DNA of 64,000 bases. Source: Marsupella aquatica. Its lineage: Eukaryota > Plantae > Marchantiophyta. The DNA lies in contig OZ316892.1 in assembly GCA_973895155.1 (NCBI GenBank), positions 3,413,223 to 3,477,222 on the forward strand, read 5' to 3'. Position 1 is the stretch's first letter. Each line of letters opens with the position of its first letter. This document shows positions 14,062 through 28,389 of the stretch, piece after piece. The notes beneath the pieces are model-generated. The model was not told the DNA's origin. It searched no databases and worked only from the letters and a program-made list of their open reading frames with translations. The translations under genes and the position numbers were made by a program.

Positions 14062-14682
14062 TGGGCATATTGTATGTAAACACACGTGTATATATTTTAG
14101 TAAAATTTTCGAGTTTACTAGGCAATGCCCTTGAATTTCTTTATTGGAATCCCCTGTTTAATATCGTCCTTGCGCTTTCGTCGCCGACCAAGCTTTCAAA
14201 TTCAGGCAAATTCGATTCATTAAATTTACCTCCCACATGTAGAAAACTCGATTTTCAATGGCTTTCATGGCACTTTCATGGACGTCCGAATGGTGGCACA
14301 CGGCTATCAAAATTGTGCAGTAAGCAAAGCAAACCCAGGAGTGGCATGAGAACACTCGAAGGAAACCGACTGGCTAGGACGTCAGTAAAGATTTGCAACC
14401 TAAACAGCTGAACAATGTAAACTTTAGAATTAAGCACGAAGGATATATGCACAAATCAGCACTCTTTTCAGTGCCACAATTTATCTATGAAGGAGAACTC
14501 CACAACGTGATGGCAGAACAAAATTCGCTAACGATCACGACATCGAAAGTATTCATGAATCATGGCAGAAACCCGACGTACGCTTCACGTGACCTGTGGG
14601 GGAGGGTACGCATGAGCGCTGCAAGTACAAAAGCCAAGTTGTCAGTCACAAAGGGTTGCGTACACAGACTCCCCACTGTTTA

Positions 14683-14866
14683 GGCGCCATCCCATCTAGC
14701 CATGGCTAAGTTCTATTCCGTCTAGACCCTTTGTAGGTTGGCATGAGGAGATGCTTGACGGTGACAAGATTTTGGCGCCATCCCATCTAGCCATGGCTAA
14801 GTTCTATTCCGTCTAGACCCTTTGTAGGTTGGCATGAGGAGATGCTTGACGGTGACAAGATTTTGG
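14683..14866. repeat. Near-perfect tandem duplication, 91-bp unit x2
   Basis: ggcgccatcccatctagccatggc...gacaagattttgg at 14683 and 14774. Confidence 0.95.
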
Positions 14867-17800
14867 TGTCCAGTACGAAGCTTTGGTCTGTCCATGACTA
14901 GATGTTTGCAATGATAACATCTTTGTCTCGTCGCTGACGAGCCGTTACTAATCTCAAGGGCATTCCCCAAGAAACCCTAAAATCAGCAAAATGTACTCAT
15001 GAACTTAGAATCGATCATTTTACCAACGTCGTGTCCAAGCAGACACATTGTGTATCCTGTCCTCAATCGCACCTTTGAGTAATGCCGTTCGAGCGTTGCT
15101 CGTCCAGACCCATTGAGGCCTTACAAGGAGATGTTTTGTTGACTCGGACTGGAGCAATCACATCTTCGGTTTCAGTTCTAGTTGGTATCATTTGCAATCC
15201 GTTGCAGCAGATCGATCGAGCTAGCAGAAATCATACAGTGAGACACAAAGGAAGAGGTGCATCACTCCTTTCAAGGTCCAAGAGAAGAACGAGCACAGGT
15301 CCGAACTAGCCCTAATATATTGTTCTCCATGGGAGTAAGAGGTCGAATGTTCTGTAGCATGTGCATCAAAAGAAAACTCAATGTGAGAGGAGAGAAACTG
15401 TAGAAGGCACGATGAGAAACGGGAGCAGTGACTTCTCTAATTTCAGTAGCAGGCTGATGGTCGAATGGCTCTTTGGTGTGAGGGAAGAAATTTACAAAAA
15501 CATCTCAAAGGGATCAATGAGAAAGTACAATGGCAAAATAATCCAGAAACCTATAATCTGCAGCGTCATGCAAGATGGAGCAAGCTTCCCTCCAGATCAT
15601 GAGACACATTCTAGCACGTAAATGAGTCCCATGGATTCCATAGACAGTGTAATACCACATTTAGGGGTAACCCTTTCCTGTGCGTCCCCAGTGATATGAT
15701 TGAAGTTGGAGCTTGTGCCTATGGGTAAATTTATTTAGCTGGGCCATGGAACCACTTCAGTTGTTTACATTGGTGTTGCTTCTTCTGGAGGATTTGTTTC
15801 ATAATTCCTTGTCAAGTATGTATGGCCATGGACATGTGCTTTATCTCTATATGGGCAGATGTTTCCAGCCTGGTATTGGACCATTGCCAAAACAATGTGA
15901 ATTTAAAAAACCCATCTACCGTAATTATAAACAAACTCGCATTAAAAGCTAGCATAAGCTTGCAACCATTTGACCTTTGTGGGAGATGATGAAGCACTTT
16001 CCTCTTAAATAGGCTTGTTATATTGGACTGAGGCTTCATGTCCGATAATTGGCAAGGGGGAAACTGAATTGGCCAAGTTCTAGAAGAGGACTTTTTAATC
16101 TATATTTAAACTATTAGCAAAATGCTCATTTTGACAAAACTACCAAAGAATCTTTCACACCCAAATTCTAATTAAGTATTCATACAAGGGATGTATGAAA
16201 TGTACTATTTCCAAAAATTAAATGTAATGCGTCAGAATATTCTATCCAGGCCCAAGTTAGTTCTCAAAATTGGCGCCCGGATATTTTTAAATTGGTTACA
16301 ACTACTTCAGCTAGACATCCGATTAATGGAGGGAGTTGGAAGCTATCTTTTCATGGTACAGCTCAGTCTAACATCTTACTTAGGAAGTACTCAAATTTTT
16401 ACCGATAAATTCCAACTTGGCTACCAATATAATTTGGATATTCATCATTGAGTCAATTCTATTCTTATTTGCATATGAGCTGTCACCAGGCCCTGAATCC
16501 AAAAATTTCTTTCAGTGCATAGTATGTTCCCATGTCTACACAATAATGTCACACAATGCTATCGCCTCGAGCAGATTATGGATGTATTATCGTTTGCGTG
16601 GCAAAATCTGTTGGTTCTATCCCGCTACTCCAGATGCGCACCGGACACGATAAGCTCATGATTTGCAAGAACGTGGAACGTTGTGAAGACATCGTCAGTT
16701 TGACAAGCTATCTACAGAATAGTCGATAGCAAACGGTCGTTTCTCTCACGTGGATGATATGGGCTTTCTGCAAGATCGTTATTCAGCCAAAGATTGAAGA
16801 TCGTCTTGGGGTCTCATGAAACCTCAGATTTCAAACATCTTTGGTTTATTTAATTTGAGGCTCTACCTATGGACCAGGGCCTCTAGCTATAAGCAGCGAG
16901 AAATTCATTAATGTATACATATATATTCTAACCACAGACCAGTATTATCAGGACTACCATCACGGACGTCTGAACCTGACATCAACCTGACGGCACATGC
17001 CGGAGGAGAACTGTCTCTAAATTAGCATGCATTGTCACTGTTGAATACCTAAACATGAGCCAAGCGATATGTTGTGAAGACATGGACGATGCAATTAAAG
17101 TGTACTTGAAAGCAGCAACCCTAATGAAGTTATCCACGTACTACTTGGGTCACGAGCTATTGCCTTCCATCCTTGGAATTTGATGGTTCTTTTACCGCAT
17201 CTGGTTCCTTCGCTCAAAGTTCTCGATCTGTCCTAGATTTGATAAGTCCCGAGATGTTTGAGTACGTTAAGTTATGATAATCCTAGCCCACGAATAACTT
17301 AGTAAAGGTAAGCTAGCTTCAACTTAACCATTAACATCAAGAACAATCAAAATCATGAATTAATCAACGCGTGCAGGGTACCCTCCTCGTTATGCTGAAG
17401 ATCTAAACGTCCCTAGGCTTGTAGATATTATAACTGATGGCTCGATTTAATTTCACAAACTTTATCTGAGCATTTATTTCATTGACCTAATGCGTAGGAA
17501 GATATGAAAGTGCATCAATCAAAGTGGACGAGATCCGACATTAGTATCTAGTGGACATGTGCTGAAGGAGGCATCAACCGCGCGTCTTTGCGCTCCAGAT
17601 GGTTAAAACAAGTAGAACGAGTCATAGTGGGCCGGCCTGTCACGAAAAGATCACTAGCCAGGCTAGATAAGAAACCCAAGAGCAATCAATGGAAAGCTTT
17701 AAGCTTTGGTGATGGCGGCAGTGACAGCTCTCAGTATCGCAGTGCAGAAATTTGCAGATATATTCAGTGCACCAAGCATTGTGGTGCTGCTCTCATCCCT

Positions 17801-20800
17801 TCACCCTCGCTACCTTCGGACACACCAACACGAGAAGCAGTGAGTGATTTAATTCAACCCTACAGCTCTTAGCCACCCACGTACTTCCTTCCTACAAAGA
17901 CTTCAAGTGCCGACCCTGATATATGGATATGGTTTTGAGTTGAGTATTTCTCGATCTCTAGGTGTCTGTTTTACTAGGGTAATCAACTAGATCGAGTAAA
18001 CTAGCTTACGACTACTGCAGCTTCATCTGCTCTGTCAACATTTTTCTATTGATATATAGAAAGGAACATGCATTCTTCTGTTGGTATATAGCTAGAAAGC
18101 TAGGAGTCTTAGGGCCAAAAATAGAAGAAGAAAACAAACGCAAAGAAAACGAAGACAGTGTTAGTACTTGGAAGCTTGCTACCCTCTACCTTGGGAATCA
18201 AATGGGCATTATAGCCGATTGAAGAACTCAAAGTAATAGCTAGGACATTCAAAGAGAAGGGAAATCTCAAAGGTTGAGATAGGGAGATTTAGATACGGCA
18301 TATGAAGAGAACAGAAGGATATGATAGCCCGTGAATCCAAGAGCAATCTAACAGTGAATGGTAGATACTTTTGGAGCTAGCACAGACTGACATAGTCCTA
18401 TATTTGCAAGTCGAGACATGAGAATCCGTTAACGATTAATTAATTAATGTTTGCAGATGATAAGCTTGCACGTAGTGGTCCTAACAAGCTCAAAGGAACT
18501 AACGGCCTAGATCTAGCCAATATAAGAGGCACTGATAAGGAAGCAAAGGAATACCGGGAGGAATACCGTTGAGATCCTATAAAATCTGATACAGAGATTA
18601 TAGGCTGTAATGGTTGCCGGATCTAGCTAGGTGTGTAAAATTAGTTGAGGCAGAAAGTGTCAACAATTCTAGTGACTGAGAAGTGTGAATGGCCTGCAGG
18701 CTTTGAACCTCTTTGTTTAGGCGACGACAGGGTATCAAAGACGAGCTAAAGTGCTCGTATTACCGGTCCTTGAACTGAAGAAAAACAAACTCTAGCCCCA
18801 AAACGGAACACAAGGCAAAACTGTCACATGCCCTGGTTTGAAATTTATCCCACCTTATGTGGGACTTTTACCTAGCTTGATAAATCCTACTCACAAAAAA
18901 AGGCAACCCTAGAGGATTTGTATTTTCCTTTGGTAATAAGTGGGTTTTTGACAATTCTCTTGTGTTCAGACTGAAATTTGAAGACTTACCTACAAACACT
19001 AATTAAAACTGCCCATAAATGTTCAACCAGAGCATCAATTTGGGCTACAAAAATGGTGTCAATGGCCGGATTCTAAAAGGGGTAATGGTGCATGAATTCT
19101 TAAACATTCTACGTACAGTAAGCAATAGACGTTCCTTGTTCCTCTTAAAAGTACCCCAAATAGTCCCCCAAAGCATCCTCAGGAATTACTACATAGCATA
19201 CTGGGAAAAAAATTGGAAGGGATATTGAGCCGCATGTTATATATGTCGTGCTGTTAATAGAATGATAGTCAATTATATATATATGAGCAAGGCATATATG
19301 TAAGGTACGTAGTTAATTGAAAAGCAGGCTCAGCACTCAGTTAAGTCAGGGAGCACACAGTTAAATGCATTTATCGGACATTCAACCTTGGAGCGAGAAA
19401 TCTCTTATCTGTACAGGATCTAGCTCCATCATTGAAAGGCTACGTCTCGTGGAGTGTCGATCTGTTGTATAGTCCTCTTTCATGTTAGTCAAGGGCTCAT
19501 AAACTATCCAGGGAGGGTACGATGCAAATAAGGGTGCTCCTATCTAAACGAGCTAGTAAATTAAACTTTGCCAGCATAATAAATAAAAGATATCTGTCTC
19601 ACCTTTAGCAAATCATAACACGCTCAATTGTCAGGGACCGATAAATTAGAGCATCGAATACAGGTTGCCCTCGCTCGATCCAACAATACCAAGTTAAATG
19701 AACAGTTAACTAGCTTGATACACGTACATTGCGTCCCCAAAAAGGGGATCCCGGTTCCACAAATACTTTCATTACTTACAAGCTCTGGCTCTGCAACAGT
19801 AGTCGCAGTCAACTTAATAATGGCTCAACTTTAATTTGGTTGACGATTATATTGTGCCGGCAATTGTCACAATTGTGTATATAGGCCAGCGGCAACTAGC
19901 TAGTTCAGTAATATGTACTGAGTAAATATATGGTGTTCAGTGAGGGTGGTGAAAGTTCTCAACTTAATTTATGAAGTTCTAAACTTAATTTATGAATGAC
20001 ATAATGCAGCACAATTATTGTGTGGCCGGGTAGCAACGTACTAGTTCTATGGTCACTTTGGTGACTGAGTGAACTAGTTTCGAGACTACAGTACTACTAA
20101 GTTATTCACAATCTGCATTTAATTTGGCATATATTATACATGTATCAGTTTCGCACTTTCTTTAACCTTAGGTAAACCACTTCCACGTTTGGCACCTAAC
20201 CATGCATGGATAACTAATAACTTTCTACGAGTATATATAAATGTAACGATTAGCGCTAGTGGGAAACTAAGCTCCCTTAGACGAAAACCGTTCTGACAGG
20301 ATGCAAATAACACAGACTTTTTGAAACTAGCTTTGCTTTTGAATCAGTGAGTTAATCAGATAGCACTTTCTTTTATATAAACGCTCACATTTATAGAGAC
20401 TAAACAGTACGTGTTTTAGAGCTAGAAAATTCAGCCTATAACTTTTTCAGCTCAATGAAGTGTTCCACATGATGACTAATATGAGCTAGTAGTTGTGACC
20501 TTGCTAGCTTAATTTAGCTAGATAGGAGTTGGTTAAGATTGTTATCGAATTTATTTGGCTCATATATACCAGGATAGGGCTGACATGATTCAAGCGAGTG
20601 AGTTATGGATTGGATTACATCTTTGGTTCTTGGATTCAAAAATCTCCCCTTTAATTTTATTGGTTCTCTATGCCTGTCTTTTGGTGCAATAGATATTACC
20701 TAATTCCGGTGAGTACACACTTAGAGTGTAGGTTATGCGCTTAGAATCTTGACCACCATCTAAAAATTTGCAACCTAAATTCTGAACACGTTAAGTATGA

Positions 20801-22090
20801 TGAATCGCAGACCTCACCAGGTGGTGAGTCTTGTTGCCCTTAATGTGTTCCTTTTCAGAATTCTTGAAAATAGGCTACGCACACCTTCTTAACATATATC
20901 AAATCATCAATCTGTCTGATAGGATTAAGCTAATTCCACGTACCTGAGATTAGTTCCCAACTCGTCTTGAGCAGCAATAACTAGCGATCCTTAGTTCGTG
21001 TGTGAGTCGATCTCACGCCCCTTCTCACCCTACTCATTTGTCTTGACGACTTGTGAACCTCAATATCCGCATCTGCTGCAATCCATCCTCGGTTAATAGT
21101 CGGAATAGGTCATCGATCAGATTCGAGGGTTAGCACTAGGCCCAGAGCGGTGAGCTTGTTCAGCGGCTTCTCCCCAGATTCGCCCAGGACTGCCATTCGT
21201 GAGATGTTGCATCGTGGTACGTATATACGACCGTACTGTAGTCGACTTAGTTTGAACTGGCCAAGGGCAAGGCCGTTGCACTATAGCTAGACCATCAGTG
21301 AGTTCCTACCCGGAAGCTATGTAACCAGCAAAGCTCTGATCATCAATATCGTTTGCTTTAATTTCTCGACATGAGACTCCTGGAAGAACTAAGCTGCTGC
21401 TTGCAAGGAAGGCATTCTGGAGCTGGAGTATTGTGACTTCTGTAGTGAGTTGGATCTGGTAAATTCCACCTTGCGCAGGTGTTGCAATATATTAATGATC
21501 ATAGTACGTTAGTCAGGACGTCAACCATGATCAGAGGGTCTGCTGCTGGTATCAACAGGATTGACCTCAAGAGCATGACCCTAGCTTATTAATTATTAGC
21601 TCATAATTGAGTGAATGCATTGTTATCTTAAGAGACTTTCTACGCAACTATAGATATTGTATACTAGGCAAGGCTGTACAAGATTATATGGCTTTAGAAA
21701 GGAACTCGCTCTACTTTAAAATTAAACGTTTGATTTAAGTTTGATTTATTTTTTAATCATTTTATGGAGTTAGGCTATACTCTTTTTTATACAACATTCA
21801 AAACTTTCTCTTAAGTCGCTTGCCTCAGATAAAACAAACTAAAGATTGATTTCTTTGTGTAATTTTTTTAGTTTACTTGCTAGTTTGGATACAGACCCCT
21901 ACCTCTAACAAAAGGCATAGAATTTGGGATAAACATATCTTTCCGCACCCAAACATACGTTTGCTTTTAAAGTTAGTTATATACGTGTTCTCTGCTTTCA
22001 GAGGTACACAAGTTTATATGAATAAAATGGAAATGGTAATTAAAACCTCTGAGTAATTAACGTACACCTAGAATACAACGCTGCATCATT

Positions 22091-22263
22091 CAAATCTGCA
22101 GGGGCGTTAATTTTAGGTTAAGGAAATTGAATAAACAAAAAAAATGCAACCCCGCCCTCCCCTGTTACCCTCCCCTCAAATATGCAGGGGCGTTAATTTT
22201 AGATGAATAAAATAGAATAAACAAAAAAAAATGCATTCCCGCCCTCCACTGTTACCTCCCCTC
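22091..22263. repeat. Diverged tandem duplication, ~86-bp unit x2
   Basis: tgcaggggcgttaattttag...cccgccctcc..ctgttacc..cccctc occurs twice. Confidence 0.85.
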
Positions 22264-24258
22264 TTGCCCCATAAAACTTAATTTGGAAGGGCAACATGAT
22301 CATGACTCTCCTGGGGACTCTCCCCTCTGTTGGGCGCCCTGCGCCCCACCCCGCCCATTGCCGATTGCCCGCCTCAAGCAATGCAATGCTCGCCTCAAGC
22401 CTAGCTTGGCCTTGCCTTGCCTCACCTCTAAACCCCTCGCCGCCTTGACTCGAACTCACCCCTCGACCTAATGCCGATTAATAGACCTAGTACTGACTAA
22501 ACAACTAAACAAGAATTTCCATGCTTGAAAGTATCCAATATCTCAGTGACCCCTGCAGTGACCATCAACGCAATGAGAGCTAGAAGAGCTTCCAAGATCG
22601 ATAGACAGGACATACTGGATGACTAACTAGAGAGGCAACCAGTCTGACAGGCAACTATTGCACAGACTGGATCTATGACTAGAAACAGATCGAGAATCTC
22701 TGACGATAAATTGCCATATATCAGAAATTGAACTGGATGAAAACTGAATATGTATGCAATAGCTAGGTGCAGCATCGATGGACAGGAATTACAGTAGCTC
22801 GAAGTGACTGAAACACGAAGGGACAGCAAGTTAAGCAGGCCGACTACCCAGTAGCGGAAGATTGCTGAAGTTGGTGGAGCTAGTACGTGGGAAGCGGGTT
22901 GAAATACAGAATTAGGAAGAATACCACCGAAAGTACCGCGTGCCAAGGGAGCTAAGAGAAGTCGAAGGTGGATTTGGCCAACGAGAAGAAGAAGTACGTT
23001 GGTAAAAGATACGACTTCATTTCGGATTGAGGAATAAGAACAAAAGCAAAATCGTGCAGAAGTATGTGCATGCAGAGTCTCCACCAGTCCCTGAAGCCAA
23101 AATTCAATCCAGCTGCTAAGGAGAAGGAGCTAGGAAGAGGCTCAGCGAGAAAAAGAGTTGAGTGATCTGTTCAACGTTGCTATCAGCCAGCCGAATGTTT
23201 CACGTGGTGTTGATCCAAAATAAATCGTGTGCAAGTTCTTCAGTCGGAAACAGCGTACAACCGGCTTTAAGTGCAGATTTTCTCACGATTTGAACATCCA
23301 ACGTAAAGGTGAGAAGCTAGATTGACATATATTAATTTACAGTACGTAACCAGCCTGATGGAGAGCAAAATACGAAGTGGGACCAGAAACCTTGGAGAAA
23401 TTTCTACGTGGCGTCAAAATTAAGGACAAGAATACTCGCACAACAAACCTACGGAGATTGCTTGTAAGCATTTACTTGAGGCAATTAAGAAAGAAGCATA
23501 TATATGGTTGGTTTTGGGTTTTGGGTTTGCCCCTGTCGACATGCACTTGAAGGAGAAGTTGAAAAGCTCATCACCACATTGAAGGAGGTATATGCTTAAT
23601 AGACCCCCTCTGGAATGTTTCTTACTTAATCAACCCCCTATGTTCATATTTACCCCAATAGACCCCCTTTGACAATTTCTTACATATAGAGCAATATAGG
23701 GAGACTTTACCAAGGTGAACTCTAATTTTCTATCATATGAGCCCGTGATCTCGTCCGTGGTATGCTGCAATTATGTCGAGATAAGAGTCGGCCCACAATC
23801 TACGCATCATGATAAGATCAAATGACACCGAACGCAATCGTGCATACTTTTGTGTTTGACGACAAAACTAGTAAGGTCTTCGAACATTTAGGGTTCTCCA
23901 ATGGGGTCTGTTAGGATTTACTCTTTAGTAGGTCTAGAGTTACGACTGTACCGTAGTTAAGGCTACCTTAGTCACAAACTTGGTTAGATTAGTCATGTTG
24001 TGCACACTTCTATAACCAAACGGTGTTTGCTTGGAGAGTGGGAACTCAGGCTCATTGTTACGGAGCTAGTTGAGGGATAGAGAGAGCTTGCGCTGTGGAT
24101 GCTTGGTATGGCCGATCGGCCTAGAGTGCAGTAAAGCTCATGTGTGTTCCCATGGACGTAGCCTCATGTGGAGGTGAACCACGTATCTCTCTATGTCGCA
24201 ACGTGTGGTGGAGGAAGTTGTTCTACTACCGAAGCTCACTGTAGTGCAAAAGAAGAAG

Positions 24259-27200
24259 ATGGGGACGTTCAAGCTTGGGGCCCGCCCCAAGTATGAAGTG
24301 ACAAAGTATGATGGGCGCTCTGACTACTTTCTCTGGGAGAAGCAGGTGAAGGGAGTGCTCTATGTTTCAGGGATGAGCCAACTGCTGAGCCCTCGTGAAG
24401 ACAATGTTGATGGGAAACAATGGGACCGCATGCAGGAGCAAGGAGTTTGGTGTATTACACTCTATCTCATGTCTCCCATCATCAAGCAGTTGGGTGCACA
24501 TAAGGATTGCATGTCCTTGTTTGCGAAATTGCAGAGCAAGTATTACCATGTAAGGAGTTGTCAAACCGGCTCTACACTTTCTACAAACTTATGAATTTCA
24601 GGATGAAAAAAACCGATACAAAGTTGCAAGACCATGTGGATGCTTTCAACGACATGGTCATTGACTTCGAAAACCTTAGGGAGACTTTGAATGATGAGAC
24701 GAAGGCTCTATAGCTTCTCAGTTCATTGCCTCCATCTTACCAGTCCCTATCACCGGTGTTGTTACATCGTGATAGGGATACCATTTCATACAATGACGTG
24801 ATAAGTTCTCTGCTTAGTGATGATCTTCAACAAAAGATGCACATCATATCATACTTAGCCTTCATCATCTGGTGCTGCCCTCAATGTTAACCATGGGAGG
24901 AGTATGCAGCGATCAACTGGGGACCGTAAAAACCAATTTAGATCTAAATCCAAATCTAAGTCTAGGGGAAAATATATCTCCTCACAGGAGGCAGGTGATA
25001 TGTTGGAAGTGCAACCAGATCGGACACTTCAAGTGAGACTGTAAGGGAAAGACGACTGAATCTTCATCGGCAAATGTGGCTAGGGCTGATGGAGATGCTG
25101 ATTTACTCAATAATGAGTATATATTATGAAGCCAAGGGTATGCCCTATGCACATCATCTAGGAGAGCAAATGATGTATGGATTCTTGATTGTGCTTGCTC
25201 TTTTCATATTTGTTACATTTGTGAGTTTTTCAGTTCTTACTCTATTTCAAACGGTTCAGTCCTGATGGGAAACGATCACTCCTGTCAAATTGAGGGTATT
25301 GGGTCTATGAAGATTCAAATGTTTGATGGCGCTATGCGCACAGTATCTAGAGTCAGGTATGTACTTGGCATGCGTAAGAATCTGATTTCACTCGGTGTGT
25401 TGGATTCAAATGGTCATCAATGGAGCGTTATTGATGGTGATTTTCAAGTCAGGTCAGGAGAGATAGTGATTATGAAGGGAAGCAAAGAGAAGAATTTGTA
25501 TTTGTTGTAGGGCAATACTATATGTGGAGAAGCCACTGTAACCAAATCTCACGAGGAGATGACTCAACTGTGGCATTCACGGCTAGGCCACATGAGTAAG
25601 AAGGGTTTGGCTATCTTACGGAAGAATAGACTCATTTCTGATTTACAATCTTGTAAATTAGAGTTTTATGAGCATTGCATTCTTGGAAAGCAGCATTGTC
25701 GTGCTTTTGGTGTTGGAACTCATCGTTCCAAAGCGGTTCTTGAGTACATACATAGTGACATGTGGGGTCCATCTCTGACTCCCTCACACTTTGGAAAGTT
25801 GTATTATAGATTTATCATTTATAATTGATAATTACTCAAGATTTGTGTAGATTTATTTCATGATGCATAAGTCTGATGTCTTATCCATTTTTAAGAAGTA
25901 GAAGGCCCATGTGAAAAATTAGACTGGAAACACAGTCAAGTGTTTTGATAAAGGGTGAAGAGTCTGAGGTCACAGAACGGCGGGGAATACACTTCAGTAC
26001 GTGGAATTTGAAGAGTACTGTTCGGAATAGAAGATAACTCACCATCTCACCACAGTTTATACTCCGCACAAAATGGTGTTGTTGAGAGGCTCAATCGAAC
26101 ACTATTGGAGCAGTCACGGAGTATGTTGAGCCAATCAGGTTTACCACAAGAATTTTGGGCAGAAGCTGTCAATACTGCAGCTTATTTGGTACATCTTTCT
26201 CCTTCTAGTGCAATCAATTTCAAAACGCCGTTTGAGATGCGCTATAAGCGGCAAGCAGACTATCATGGCTTGGTAGTTTTTGGAAGTGATGCATATGCTC
26301 TCACACCTAAGCAAAATAGGACCAAATTGGATCCTACCTCCAAGAAATGTGTTTTTCTTGGGTACCAGAGTGGTGTGAAAGCCTATAGGCAATAGGATCC
26401 TATTGCCTATAAGCTGATTGTCAGTAGGGATGTTTCCTTCAATGAATCCAGACTATTGAAGGAGGGGGAGAATACTCACGTCTCTCGTATTGACAAAGGA
26501 AAATCTCATATCTCAAATCTCGTTGAGAGGGAGATTGGTCATAACATGACCGGAGATAAGGAGTTTCTCCAATTATAGATTTGGTTCCTGTGCCAGAGGA
26601 ACCAGAAGAGTTTGTTGATGTTGGTGAGTAGCAAGTGGATGCTGCTAAGCTTCAGATTGTACCAGCACACGCAGATCAACCGGAGTCATCGGCTAGAAGA
26701 ATATCTAGTCGCACTGTACGCGCTCCACCAAGGTATGGACAGTGGATTGATTCATCTCTGTTGCAAGAGGATAATTTTATTATTGATGGTCAATTACAAG
26801 CTTGAGGGGGGAAAAAAGGATCTCCAATTTCTCCACCAAAAGGATTCCAGTCTGTCCCAATTTACAAGGGGTGGACAAGGTGTTACACCAAATGGCTAGG
26901 ATTAGTTTGTTGAGATTGGATGGTGAGATCTTGCATGCCAAGTCTTTGGAAGTGTGTCCAGGCTTTTAGGAAGTCATCATCTTCTTGGAAGTGTGCACAA
27001 CAATTTTGGAAGTGTGTCCAACCTTTATGGAAGTGGTGTTCAACTAAATCTTTATGATCTTTGAGTCCTTTTTCTCTCCTTTTTGAGCTAATCCTTTTTG
27101 CGTCCTTTTACCCCCCTCAATCTTGCAATTGACCTAATGATGAGGGTGATGCGTTGATTTTGGAAGAAGGGGAACTTTCTTCATTTCATGAGGCAAGTGC

Positions 27201-28389
27201 TTCTAAGGATAAGCAGGAGTGGACTGTACTAATGCAAACAAAGATGCAATCACTGAAGGACAACAAAACTTGGGAGCTTGTTAAGCTTCCTGAGGGACAG
27301 CAAGTGGTGGATAGCAAGTGAATAGCAAGTGGATATACAAGCTGAAGGATCAGTCCACGGTAGGTTGGTAGCCAAGGGATTCACATAGAAAAAAGGTGTG
27401 GATTACAGACTGAGGTCTTCTCATCGATTGCTAAATACTCAACAATACGACTGTTATGTGTGCTTGTTGTTATGTTTGGTATGCTGCTAGATCAGATGGA
27501 TGTTGTCACAACTTTCTCTATGGCACCTTGGAAGAGGTGATCTTCATGAGATAGCCGCTAGGTTTTGTGAAGAAAGGGCAAGAGGATTTGGTTTGTAGAT
27601 TGCTGAGATCCTTATACGGGTTGAAGCAGTCACCAAGACAGTGGAATAAATGGTTCGATGATTGGATTTGAGCACAAGGCTTTCACAGGAGTGTGTTTGC
27701 CCCTTGTGTGTATCTTAAACCGGTGATGATGTCTTTGGGTTCATTATTTTAGTACTTTATGTGGATGACATGCTTATTGCGGCCAATGATAGATCTGAGA
27801 TTGTTAAGCTCAAGGCACTGCTTAGTGCAGAGTTTAAGATGAAGGACTTAGGGCCAGCTAAGAGGATTTTAGGTATGGAGATCACTAGGGACGCGACTTG
27901 GAGGCTGGCAAGCTATGGTCGACATAGAGCAGTTATGCGAGGAAGGTAATTGCAAGGTTCAACATGGGGGATAGTAAGCCAGTAAGTACCCTGTTGGCTC
28001 CACGTACACTTCAAGTTGTCATCAGCTTTCTGTCCTACGGATGACACAGAGAAGGGGCTGATGTCAAAGGTTCCTTATGACACTTGAGGTAGTGAGGAGT
28101 CTTATGTATTTGATGACTTGCACTAGACCTGATCTTCCCACGGCTATGGGCAAGGTGAGTAGGTACATGTCGGATCCAGGGAAGGTACATTGGGAAGCAG
28201 TGAAGTGGATTATTTGGTACTTGAAGGGTACCGTGGATCATGGTCTATTGTTTGGTGCACATGCATGCTGATAATGCTAGATCATTGATGGGCTATGTAG
28301 AATGATGTTGACTATGCACAGGATCTGGATTGGAGGAGGTCAACAACAGGTTGTGTTCACACTTGGCGGTGGATGCATAAGTTGGAGCC
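24259..28389 (+). pseudogene. Copia gag-pol polyprotein with multiple stops and frameshifts
   Basis: KYEVTKYDGRSDYFLW (gag), CWKCNQIGHFK*DC (zinc knuckle), WILDCACSFH (protease), LWHSRLGHMS, EYIHSDMWGPS and SKKCVFLGY (integrase), LYGLKQSPRQW and YVDDMLIA (RT), RRSTTG...GGCISW (RNase H start). Confidence 0.95.
26788..27134. mobile_element. MITE (347 bp) inserted in copia pol
   Basis: ~30-bp TIRs ggtcaattacaagcttgaggggggaaaaaagga and tccttttacccccctcaatcttgcaattgacc; flanks tattgat and taatgat; internal ggaagtgtg(t/c) repeats. Confidence 0.88.

Larger units (their letters stand above)
23909..28389 (+). mobile_element. Ty1/copia LTR retrotransposon, degenerate and 3'-truncated within RNase H
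   Basis: Putative 5' LTR from tgttagga (23909) with the common copia LTR motif tggacgtag...gaaccacgt (~24154-24184). It is followed by gag-PR-INT-RT-RH. No intact PBS or 3' LTR is visible. Confidence 0.92.

Noticed and set aside
15073-15220. Possible minus-strand exon with AG/GT borders
   Set aside because: I could not link it to further exons or to a recognisable product.
20940-23100. Coding-like patches and the 153-aa minus ORF 22623-23084
   Set aside because: There is no recognisable domain, and the composition suggests the ORF is an antisense shadow of decayed plus-strand sequence.
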